From a virus (Duplodnaviria; Caudoviricetes): a stretch of DNA of 29,980 nt. The position numbers and the translations under genes are program-made. The stretch covers positions 1-29,980 of the IMG/VR virus record IMGVR_UViG_3300027838_000835. One strand, 5' to 3'. Shown here piece by piece: positions 1 through 8,689 of the stretch; position 1 is the first letter of the stretch; each line of letters starts with the position of its first letter. The notes beneath the pieces are model-generated. The model was not told the DNA's origin and did not search any database. It saw only the letters and a program-made list of their open reading frames with translations.

Positions 1-1
1 A

Positions 2-1375
2 AATTATCTAAAAAATCAAGATTATGAATTAATCATAGTTGAACAGGCCGATGATTTACCATTTAATAGAGGTAAATTATTAAATATCGGTTTTAAACAT
101 GCTGTAAGAAAACAATGTGATTATGTAGTATTTCATGATCTTGATATGTTACCCGTAGATGTAGATTATTCTTATTCGGAAGTTCCACTTCACCTTGCCA
201 CAGATTTCACAAATTCTAAAAGAGAATTATTCAAAACTTATTTTGGTGGCGTAACTATGTTTCCAGTAGATACATTTGAAAAAGTAAATGGATATTCAAA
301 TGAATATTGGGGTTGGGGTTTTGAAGATGATGATTTATTAATGAGATTAACAGAAACTAATGTTCTTACTGATTTTGAATATTATGAAGTACCAAAACAT
401 TTAACTTCTGGTATTTATCTACACGGAGATAGAAGTTATGTTGAATGTCCAAATATTATAAATGTAAGAGAAGATTTTACCATACAAATCACATTTAAAC
501 CAGATGAGATAATTTGTGATTATGAAAAACCTTATGACGAGTATTCTGTATTTTCTATACCAGGATATAATACGTCAATAAGTTTTAATTCATTCAATCG
601 TTATAAATTTGAGTGTTGGGATAGTAGAAAAAATTTACTTCAAATTGATTCCAATTATGATTATTCACGTTTAACACAGATTGTAATAACTTATGAAAAA
701 GAATCTGGCGTATTAATGATGTATCAAGATGGAAAAGAAATTGAAGGTACATTAATTATTGATGAGTTGTTAGATTTAAGTCCAGAAAACTTTTTCATTG
801 GTACTGGTATAGATGAAATGGAAGATGTTGATATTCGTAGTTTTCGTGGATTTATAAAAGATTTTTGTTATTGGGATAAATCTCTTGCTGTAAATGAAGT
901 TAAAGAGCTTTCCAAAAATCCAGGTATGGGTTATTTATGTGATAGTGGAGACTATAGTTCTTCAAAAAAGTTAAAATTATATTTTGATTTTAAACATTTA
1001 AAGTTAAATACTTCGTTTCAATATGAAAAGGGGAAAGTGATGAATTTAGTAAACCCACGCTATCAGGCAGTAACTTATAATTGTATACCTAAATCTCAAC
1101 TTGAACTTGAACGAAAAAAAATAGCAATACCTATTAGAAGAAATTCTACATTTAAAATGATTAAACACAAACCTGAAGGATATTTTGATGGTAGCTGGAA
1201 ATCTGAATCAACTCGTTCAAATCAAGTTAGATTTTATAATGAGGTGTTACAAAATAAAACTAATTTAGAAGAAGATGGATTGTCTACTTTGATATTTAAA
1301 ACTATTTCTAAAACAGAAGATAAAAAGTTTACATTTTTATCAATTGAGAATTTAGAAGGTTATAAAAAAATATGA
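2..1375 (+). CDS. GT7-family (beta-1,4-galactosyltransferase-like) glycosyltransferase with internal LamG/ConA-like domain; 5'-truncated by window edge
   Basis: Frame is open from base 2, upstream of the called ATG 146: NYLKNQDYELIIVEQADDLPFNRGKLLNIG...VVFHDLDMLP. GT7 motifs FNRG, FHDxD, YFGGV, VNGYSNEYWGWGFEDDDL, and C-terminal MIKH / DGLSTL. Middle segment is LamG-like (FTIQITFKP, LMMYQDGK, FFIG, FRGFIKDFCYWDKSL). Confidence 0.88.
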   Translation, partial: NYLKNQDYELIIVEQADDLPFNRGKLLNIGFKHAVRKQCDYVVFHDLDMLPVDVDYSYSEVPLHLATDFTNSKRELFKTYFGGVTMFPVDTFEKVNGYSNEYWGWGFEDDDLLMRLTETNVLTDFEYYEVPKHLTSGIYLHGDRSYVECPNIINVREDFTIQITFKPDEIICDYEKPYDEYSVFSIPGYNTSISFNSFNRYKFECWDSRKNLLQIDSNYDYSRLTQIVITYEKESGVLMMYQDGKEIEGTLIIDELLDLSPENFFIGTGIDEMEDVDIRSFRGFIKDFCYWDKSLAVNEVKELSKNPGMGYLCDSGDYSSSKKLKLYFDFKHLKLNTSFQYEKGKVMNLVNPRYQAVTYNCIPKSQLELERKKIAIPIRRNSTFKMIKHKPEGYFDGSWKSESTRSNQVRFYNEVLQNKTNLEEDGLSTLIFKTISKTEDKKFTFLSIENLEGYKKI

Positions 1376-2787
1376 AGTTAGGTGTATGTATTCCATATCG
1401 AGATAATGGAGATGGTGTAAGAAAAAAACATTTGGATACATTAGTACCTCATTTGGAAAAGTTCTTTGGCGATAGGAATATAGACTTCAGGTGTTATATT
1501 GGACACCAAATAGATGATAAAAAGTTTAATCGTGCAGGGACAAAGAACGTAGCATATTTAGCAGCAAAAGAAGATGGTTGTGATTATATGGCATTTCATG
1601 ATGTCGATATGTTACCACATGATGATGTAGATTACTCACATCCAGGCGATACACCAAAACATATAGCAACTTATCTATCACAATGGGATAATACATTAAG
1701 AGATATTCATTATTTTGGTGGAGTTGTAGTGTTCACTACAGAACAATTCGAACAAGTTAACGGATATCATACTAATTATTGGGGTTGGGGAATGGAAGAT
1801 GATGACTTGTTTTGGAGATGTATAAGAAAAGGATATTTTAAACCAAGTTATATTGAGGGCCCTGGTAGATCAAAGGTATTGGAGTTTGATGGAAATTCTA
1901 CTTATATAAAAGTATCACCAAGTGATAGTTTAATTCATATTCCAAATAAATCTTTTGAAATAGAAATGATTGTTTATGGTGAGATAGAGAATGAAAATAA
2001 AGAGCATATGATTGGACAGGAAATCCCATATTTGAAATATCCAATTATATCTAAAAAGGGTTGGGATTTTGATATATCGTATAATAATTCTAACGCATAT
2101 TCTTACGCACTTTGGAATTTTAGAAACGAATTGTATTATGGTTGGATGAAGAGATATCCAAATCAATGGAGTAAAGTTAATGTGAAAGTTAATACAAATA
2201 AAAAAACGAGAACTATCTCTATTAATGATATAATTTATGATGAAACATATGGCGAACAAAAATCAATTTTACCAGTTGACCATACATTAAAAAGATATGG
2301 ACGAGTTCCTTTTTGGATTGGTAGAAATTCACCAGGTTCACATAAAACACATTGGTTTAAAGGTAAACTTCAATCTTTAAAGATGTTTAATTTTAGAGGT
2401 GAAAATGTATTACATTACGATATAAATAAATCATATAGAATGGAAAAAATATTAGATTTGAGTGGAAATGAAAATCATGGTGAGTTGGTAATTGGAAAAG
2501 GAAGAGTTACTAAAGAGGATATTACAAAAATTCCAAACACAATCGTACCAGATAGAAGATATGGAACAATGGAGTGTATGTATCATGATGATGAGGGTAT
2601 AGTTGATCAAAAGTTTGCTGGGGATCCAGAAGCAACTGCTCGAAACGAAGTTATATATAAAAAGAAAATGCAAAAAAATATAATAGATATAGATGGTGAT
2701 GAATATGGTTTGAAAGAAATGAGATATGAAATAGATAGTACTGATACTATTTATAATAGACACAAGATAATTAATGTGAGGTTTTAA
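1372..2787 (+). CDS. GT7-family glycosyltransferase with internal LamG/ConA-like domain (paralog of upstream gene)
   Basis: CIPYRD, FNRAGTKN, FHDVDMLP, YFGGV, VNGYHTNYWGWGMEDDDL. LamG-like LEFDGNSTYIKV...FWIG...FKGKL...DLSGNENHG. C-terminal CMYH. ATGA overlap with previous gene. Confidence 0.88.
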   Translation: MKLGVCIPYRDNGDGVRKKHLDTLVPHLEKFFGDRNIDFRCYIGHQIDDKKFNRAGTKNVAYLAAKEDGCDYMAFHDVDMLPHDDVDYSHPGDTPKHIATYLSQWDNTLRDIHYFGGVVVFTTEQFEQVNGYHTNYWGWGMEDDDLFWRCIRKGYFKPSYIEGPGRSKVLEFDGNSTYIKVSPSDSLIHIPNKSFEIEMIVYGEIENENKEHMIGQEIPYLKYPIISKKGWDFDISYNNSNAYSYALWNFRNELYYGWMKRYPNQWSKVNVKVNTNKKTRTISINDIIYDETYGEQKSILPVDHTLKRYGRVPFWIGRNSPGSHKTHWFKGKLQSLKMFNFRGENVLHYDINKSYRMEKILDLSGNENHGELVIGKGRVTKEDITKIPNTIVPDRRYGTMECMYHDDEGIVDQKFAGDPEATARNEVIYKKKMQKNIIDIDGDEYGLKEMRYEIDSTDTIYNRHKIINVRF

Positions 2788-4202
2788 TGACAGATGTAAC
2801 CAAAGATAATCCCTTTTATATAGAGAACAAACGAAAACTCGATGAAGTAGGTTCAGGTATGTGTTTGGCAAAATGGACACAAGTAACACTTCAGTTACAA
2901 TCTGGTCATAATCATTCATGTCACCATCCAAGAACACACAAAACCAATTTGAAAGAAATTGAAAGAAATCCAAGTGCTCTACATAATACACGATACAAAA
3001 AAACACGAAGACATGAAATGTTAACGGGTAAACGACCAGTTGAGTGTGATTATTGTTGGAATGTAGAGGATACGTCAGATAGATTTTCAGATAGAGTTTT
3101 TAAATCTTCTGAGAGTTGGTCTTTACCACATTTTGATGAAATAACTCAGTCTAATTGGAGAGAGGATTTCAATCCAAAATATGTTGAGGTTTCTTTTTCG
3201 AATGCTTGTAATTTTAAATGTAGTTATTGTGGGCCAGCATATTCATCTACTTGGATGGAAGAAGTTAAACAACATGGTGGTTATCCCACTACAGATAGTT
3301 TTAATGATAATATGTGGTTAGAAAGAGAAGATAAAATGCCAATTCCACATAGGGAAAAAAATCCATATGTAGAGGCATTTTGGAAATGGTGGCCAGAATT
3401 ATACAGAGATTTACATACTTTTAGAATAACTGGAGGAGAACCACTATTATCAAAAGATACTTGGAATGTATTGGACTATGTTATTGAGAATAAAAATCCA
3501 AATAAAGAGTTACAATTAGCAATTAATAGTAATTTGGGAGTACCTGATGAATTGATAGATAGGTTTATAGAAAAGGTACAAAAAATTGAAGATGAGAAAA
3601 GAGTAAGAGAGTTTATTGTTTTTACATCAATTGATACTTGGGGAGAACAAGCAGAATATACAAGAAATGGATTAGAGTTTAATCGTTTTTGGGATAATAT
3701 GAACAAGATATTAGAGAAATGTCCACGAGTAAATCTAACTATTATGTCAACTTATAACGCACTATCAGTTCCTAATTATCATAAATTAATTGAAGGTGTA
3801 TATGGATTAAAGGAAAAATATGGTTCTTCAGATAGATATTGGAAATCTGCAGTGTTTTTAGATTCAAGTTATTTAAGATATCCAGAACATCAAACTGTAC
3901 AAGTCTTACCTGATAAATGGACTAAAAATATATTTGAACAGGCACAATTGGCAGACTATTTAAGTATTCCTTCATTTGAACATAAGTATGTTGGATATTC
4001 AGATATAGAAGTTCAAAAAATAAAAAGAATATGGGATTGGAGAGTTGCAACTTGGCCACAAAAAGAAAATCAAGTAATGAATCATAGATATAATTTTGGT
4101 AAATTTTTTCAAGAACACGATAAGAGAAGAGGAACGGATTTCTGTAAAACATTTCCTGAATTAGAACCATTGTATAATGAGTGTTTGGAGATAAAATTAT
4201 GA
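2787..4202 (+). CDS. Radical SAM enzyme with N-terminal twitch/SPASM-like auxiliary Fe-S domain
   Basis: CNFKCSYC (CxxxCxxC), TGGEPL, INSNL; N-terminal CLAKW...SCHH...CDYCW cysteine cluster. TAATG overlap with upstream stop. Confidence 0.9.
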   Translation: MTDVTKDNPFYIENKRKLDEVGSGMCLAKWTQVTLQLQSGHNHSCHHPRTHKTNLKEIERNPSALHNTRYKKTRRHEMLTGKRPVECDYCWNVEDTSDRFSDRVFKSSESWSLPHFDEITQSNWREDFNPKYVEVSFSNACNFKCSYCGPAYSSTWMEEVKQHGGYPTTDSFNDNMWLEREDKMPIPHREKNPYVEAFWKWWPELYRDLHTFRITGGEPLLSKDTWNVLDYVIENKNPNKELQLAINSNLGVPDELIDRFIEKVQKIEDEKRVREFIVFTSIDTWGEQAEYTRNGLEFNRFWDNMNKILEKCPRVNLTIMSTYNALSVPNYHKLIEGVYGLKEKYGSSDRYWKSAVFLDSSYLRYPEHQTVQVLPDKWTKNIFEQAQLADYLSIPSFEHKYVGYSDIEVQKIKRIWDWRVATWPQKENQVMNHRYNFGKFFQEHDKRRGTDFCKTFPELEPLYNECLEIKL

Positions 4203-4816
4203 TACTTAATAAAGACGATGTTTATTTTATACCACCAAACAATAAAAATGGTCTATGTACTTCACCACCAAATAGGTTTGATTTGTGTGATAGTTTTGAA
4301 TTTATAGTAAAGATAAAGCCAGATTTAGTTGCGTTAAAAGATGAAAAGTATGGTGGATATGTTGTTGGATTAAATGGAAAACATTTAGGAATACAAATAA
4401 AAGATGTTTTTGTTGACGGAACATTATGGACAACAACAGGTGAAAAAAAACTTACACATATTTATCCAAAGTATATGCACGATACATTTAAAATACACTT
4501 TGTTTGTAATTTAAAGGAAAAATATATAAAGATAAAAGAAAATCAAGGTTTGTTTGAAGAATCTATAACCTACTTTGATGGGGAAATGGTTGATGAGTAT
4601 AAAGATTCTTACTTATGGGTTGGTTGTGGTTATGGCTTTGGTGAGTGTCCAATTGAAGACAGACAATATTATACAGGTGAGATAAGTTATTTAGAAATTA
4701 AAAAAGATAATAAAACAATATTCTTATCTAATTTTAAGAAGTATACAGATTTTAAAGTATTTGATGAAAGTGGAAATGGAAATCATTTACTAAAATTTAA
4801 TGAGGAGTGGTATTGA
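4199..4816 (+). CDS. Stand-alone LamG/ConA-like domain protein
   Basis: FEFIVKIKP, LWVGCG, YYTGEISYLEI, VFDESGNGNHL resemble the LamG inserts in the two GT7s. Start moved to ATG 4199 (ATGA overlap) from GTG 4181. Confidence 0.55.
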   Translation: MILNKDDVYFIPPNNKNGLCTSPPNRFDLCDSFEFIVKIKPDLVALKDEKYGGYVVGLNGKHLGIQIKDVFVDGTLWTTTGEKKLTHIYPKYMHDTFKIHFVCNLKEKYIKIKENQGLFEESITYFDGEMVDEYKDSYLWVGCGYGFGECPIEDRQYYTGEISYLEIKKDNKTIFLSNFKKYTDFKVFDESGNGNHLLKFNEEWY

Positions 4817-5172
4817 GTAAAACTATATTTTGTGATTTAGATGGGACATTGGTTAAACATTGTGGTGATGCCACATTAATCCAGGATCCAAACTATGAAT
4901 TGAAAATTCTACCAGGTACTATAAAAATACTTAACGATTGGAATCGGAATGGGTATTATATAATTATAACTACTGGTAGAAAAGAGAGTGCTCGTGAAGC
5001 CACGATTAAACAATTACAAAGAGCAGGAATACTTTACGACCAATTGATAATGGGATTTGGTGGGGGAGACAGAATACTTATAAATGATAAAAAATCGAAT
5101 AGTGATAGAAACACTGCGTATGCTATTAATATTGATAGGAATGTTGGATTAGAGCATGAAAACAATATATAA
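4807..5172 (+). CDS. Small capless HAD-superfamily phosphatase (capsule-biosynthesis BcbF/EcbF-like)
   Basis: Motif I DLDGT, motif II ITTGR, YDQLIMG, INDK. Start may be TTG 4813, which follows GAGGAG and overlaps the upstream TGA. Confidence 0.8.
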   Translation: MVLSKTIFCDLDGTLVKHCGDATLIQDPNYELKILPGTIKILNDWNRNGYYIIITTGRKESAREATIKQLQRAGILYDQLIMGFGGGDRILINDKKSNSDRNTAYAINIDRNVGLEHENNI

Positions 5173-7048
5173 ACCCTGGGGAAAAGAGGAGTGGTTAGAG
5201 CTAAATGATAAATATTGTTATAAGAGAATCCATATAAATGCAGGAACAAAAACTAGCTATCAGTATCATGATAAAAAATTAGAAACAAATTATGTAATTG
5301 AAGGTACTGCCGAAGTTTGGTTGGAAAATGATGAAGGTGTAGTAGAGAAGAAAATAATGAAGTCTGGTGAATTCTTCACCGTAGAACCACCAAAGAAACA
5401 TAGAGTCATAGCGATAACTGATATAATTTTACAAGAAGTTTCTACCCCCGAAGTTGATGATGTGATTAGAATTTCAGATGATTCTGGTAGAGGCAGTGGT
5501 AAAATAGAACATGAACATATGAAACCAGCCTTGTGTATATTAGCAGCAGGAATCGGCAGTAGATTAGAGAATTTTTCAGAGCATATAAATAAGGGATTAC
5601 TACCGTTAAATAACCAGGCAATTATATCTCATCTTATTGATAAAACATCAGAAGATTATGATGTTGTTATGGTTTTAGGATATAAAGGTGAAATGGTTAA
5701 AGAATATTGTGATGTAGCCCATCCTGATAGAAATTTTATCTATGTTACAGTTGATAACTATGAAGGAAAAGAAACTGGACCTGGATATTCAATTAGTCAG
5801 GCAAAGAAACACTTACAACGACCATTTATTTGGGTAACCGCAGATACCGTTGTTACAGATGATTTACCATCAGCCGATTATAATTGGTTAGGGTTATATC
5901 CAACAAGTATACCAGAATTATATTCTACAGCAAATGTTAAGGGTGGAAGTGTAATTGATTTTAAGAATAAGTCTAAGGATGGTTATGATTATGCTTTTAT
6001 AGGACTGGCTGGAGTTTATGATTATGAAACCTTTTGGAAACAGTTGGTGGGTGATGAAATTGTAAGTGCTTATTATAATGTTGATAAATATTCAAGTATA
6101 AAAAGTAAGAATTTTGATTGGTATGATGTAGGAACAGTTGATAATTATTTTAGAGCCAAAAAAGTATTTGAAAAATCTGTAGATTATAGTATTCCAAAAA
6201 CTAATGGTGAATTTTTATATAAAATTAATGATAATTTTATAAAATTATCTTCTGATGAAAATTTTATTAAAGGCCGGATAAAAAGGTCTTCTGAATTAAA
6301 AGATTTAATTCCAAAGTTAAGTTATAGTGGAAAAATTTTATATTCATATAAATGGGTTGAAGGTAGTACTTTGTATGATTGTAATGATATTGATGTTTGG
6401 GTAGAGTTTTTAAATTTTATGAAAGATAAAATGTGGAAACCAGTTAGTGTAGATATTAAAGAAGATTGTTTAAAGTTTTATAAAGATAAAACGGAAGATA
6501 GACTGGATAAGTTTCTATCAGTTAGAGATGAATCTTATTTGGGTAGTCATATAGTTAATGGTGTTGAAGCTCAAACTATTGAAAGTTTGTTACATAATTT
6601 TGATTGGAGTAGTCTTAGTGATGGAATACCAACTAAATTATTTCATGGAGATTTACAGTTTGATAATGTTATTTATACAGAAGATAGAGACTTTTGTTTA
6701 TTGGATTGGAGACAAGATTTTGCAGGAAAGGATGTTGGTGATGTTTATTATGATTTATCCAAAATGTATGGTGGGATTTTAATGTCATATAAGTTAATGA
6801 AAGACAGTAGCAACTTTTCTTGTTATGGTGATAGTGAAATGGTAACTTATGATTATAAATCTGATTCTAAGTTAGAACGGTTTAAGTTAGTATATGAAAA
6901 GTGGATTGTAGATAATGAATATGATTTAGACAAGGTTAAAACTATTACTTCTCTTATATTTTTGAATATGTCCCCTCTACATGAAAAAGAATTTGGAGAT
7001 TTATTATTTTTTAAATCAAAACAAATGTTACAGGAATTAAATGATTAA
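5156..7048 (+). CDS. Three-domain protein: cupin (sugar isomerase-like) + NTP-transferase-like + APH/choline-kinase-like phosphotransferase
   Basis: Cupin KPWGKEEW...SYQYH...ETNYV...PPKKHRV...EVSTP. NTP transferase ILAAGIGSRL...NKGLLPL...GPG...WYDVG. Kinase HGDLQFDN...LDWR...GDVYYDLSK. Confidence 0.82.
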   Translation: MKTIYKPWGKEEWLELNDKYCYKRIHINAGTKTSYQYHDKKLETNYVIEGTAEVWLENDEGVVEKKIMKSGEFFTVEPPKKHRVIAITDIILQEVSTPEVDDVIRISDDSGRGSGKIEHEHMKPALCILAAGIGSRLENFSEHINKGLLPLNNQAIISHLIDKTSEDYDVVMVLGYKGEMVKEYCDVAHPDRNFIYVTVDNYEGKETGPGYSISQAKKHLQRPFIWVTADTVVTDDLPSADYNWLGLYPTSIPELYSTANVKGGSVIDFKNKSKDGYDYAFIGLAGVYDYETFWKQLVGDEIVSAYYNVDKYSSIKSKNFDWYDVGTVDNYFRAKKVFEKSVDYSIPKTNGEFLYKINDNFIKLSSDENFIKGRIKRSSELKDLIPKLSYSGKILYSYKWVEGSTLYDCNDIDVWVEFLNFMKDKMWKPVSVDIKEDCLKFYKDKTEDRLDKFLSVRDESYLGSHIVNGVEAQTIESLLHNFDWSSLSDGIPTKLFHGDLQFDNVIYTEDRDFCLLDWRQDFAGKDVGDVYYDLSKMYGGILMSYKLMKDSSNFSCYGDSEMVTYDYKSDSKLERFKLVYEKWIVDNEYDLDKVKTITSLIFLNMSPLHEKEFGDLLFFKSKQMLQELND

Positions 7049-7661
7049 TAAAGAAACTAAAATATATTGTTCGTTTTCCTCTAATCCAGGAAACAATGGT
7101 TGTGTATTTTTTAATAGTGAATTTAAAGAACTTAATATGAATGCTATATATAAATCCTTTTATTCAGATGATATTAAAAAATCTATCGAAGCAGTAAAGA
7201 GTCTTGGTATAAAAGGATTTGCTTTGAGTATGCCATTTAAGATTGAAGCATTAGATTATGTTGATGAAGTAGAAGATTCGGCAAGAAAGATTGGTTCTAT
7301 CAATACGGTAGTAAACAAAGATGGTTATTTAAAAGGATATAATACAGATTGGGTTGGAGTAAAAAAATATTTTAAAAAAAATAATTTTGATTTAATATAT
7401 ATTATAGGTAATGGTGGTTTTAGTAAGGCAATTCAATATACGTGTAATGTTATGGGTATTAGATTTGAGGTTATTACAAGAGAAAATTGGAATATAATAG
7501 AAGAACTCGAAGATAAAATTATTTTTAATGCTACTCCTGTTGATGTAAAGACTGATAATTTTTTAATAGATGGTAGACCATATACAGATACAGGAAGAGA
7601 GATTGCGTTATACCAGGCAAAAGAACAGTTTAAAATTTATACTGGAGTAGAGATTGATTAA
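7041..7661 (+). CDS. Shikimate dehydrogenase-like oxidoreductase (short, divergent)
   Basis: GFALSMPFK, IGSINTV, GYNTDW, IIGNGG, NATP, YQAKEQFKIYTG. Only 206 aa, and the N-terminal SxSP substrate motif is not canonical. Confidence 0.75.
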   Translation: MINKETKIYCSFSSNPGNNGCVFFNSEFKELNMNAIYKSFYSDDIKKSIEAVKSLGIKGFALSMPFKIEALDYVDEVEDSARKIGSINTVVNKDGYLKGYNTDWVGVKKYFKKNNFDLIYIIGNGGFSKAIQYTCNVMGIRFEVITRENWNIIEELEDKIIFNATPVDVKTDNFLIDGRPYTDTGREIALYQAKEQFKIYTGVEID

Positions 7662-8601
7662 ATATTTCATTGGCCCTATGAGTAAAAATGTTGTTGATTC
7701 TGTTATAGAATTAGATAATCCAATCGTTGGTTTTATACCATCAAGAAGACAAGTTGATTATGATGGTGGTTATGTAAATAATTGGACAACTAAACAATTT
7801 TCTGAGTATGTAAATAATAGAGTTGTGATACAACGGGATCATGGTGGTGAGAGTCAAGGTAATAAACAAGATGATGGATTAACTTCATTTTTATTTGACG
7901 CAAACTATTTTGATATTATTCACGTTGACCCCTGGAAAGCATATCAAGATTTTGATTTAGGATTACAAAACACTATTGATTGTATGAATTTTATCTATGA
8001 TGAGGTTGGTAATAAAAAAGTTAAATTCGAAGTTGGTACAGAAGAATCCATAAGAAGATTTGAAGTTGATGAATTAGAAAAGTTATTATCTCTATTAGAG
8101 AAAAAATTAAATCCAAATATATTTGAAAATATAGTTTATGCAGTTGTTCAATCTGGTGTTGGGTTAGACTTAGGTAATTCTAAAAATACCTGTGAATTTG
8201 GTGAAAAAAGATTCTCTGATATGATTAAAGTTTGTAATAAGTTTGGTAAAAAGAGTAAAGAACATAATGGTGATTATTTATCTGTTGATGAATATAAATT
8301 AAGATTTGATTTGGGGATGGATGCAATAAATATTGCACCACAATTTGGTCAGTTGGAAACATTATGTTACTTAGAGGAAATGGGTGATGACATAGAAGAC
8401 TACTATAAAATTTGTTATGAATCAAAACAATGGGAAAAATGGGTTGATAAAGATTTTGACCCAGAAGATAATAAAAAAGAATTGATAAAGATTTGTGGAC
8501 ATTATGTATTATCGGATAAAAAGTTTTTAAAACTAAAACCTGATATAGATACTGAAATTAAGCAAAAAATTAAAAATAAATTGGAAACTTTTCATGAATA
8601 A
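7654..8601 (+). CDS. GatZ/KbaZ-like or class II aldolase-fold TIM-barrel protein (possible ketose-phosphate epimerase/aldolase)
   Basis: SRRQVDYDGGY, RDHGG, IHVDP, EVGTEE, VVQSG, KEHNGDY, INIAPQFG. TTG start overlapping upstream gene. Confidence 0.62.
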   Translation: MIKYFIGPMSKNVVDSVIELDNPIVGFIPSRRQVDYDGGYVNNWTTKQFSEYVNNRVVIQRDHGGESQGNKQDDGLTSFLFDANYFDIIHVDPWKAYQDFDLGLQNTIDCMNFIYDEVGNKKVKFEVGTEESIRRFEVDELEKLLSLLEKKLNPNIFENIVYAVVQSGVGLDLGNSKNTCEFGEKRFSDMIKVCNKFGKKSKEHNGDYLSVDEYKLRFDLGMDAINIAPQFGQLETLCYLEEMGDDIEDYYKICYESKQWEKWVDKDFDPEDNKKELIKICGHYVLSDKKFLKLKPDIDTEIKQKIKNKLETFHE

Positions 8602-8689
8602 ACTTTGGGTTTTCGGGGACTCATTTTCTTCATATAATGGGCATTTCCCAACAGATGATTTTTATAAATGGGTATTGAATAAGTTATGA
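8594..8689 (+). pseudogene. 31-codon remnant of an SGNH/GDSL-fold gene (MNKLWVFGDSFSSYNGHFPTDDFYKWVLNKL)
   Basis: Hand translation, not in the ORF track. Carries a block I motif (WVFGDSF), overlaps the upstream stop, and ends in an ATGA overlap with the gene at 8686. Confidence 0.6.

Noticed and set aside
7041-7661. aroE as an aromatic amino acid biosynthesis AMG
   Set aside because: No other shikimate pathway genes, short divergent protein, embedded in a sugar operon; gene symbol withheld.
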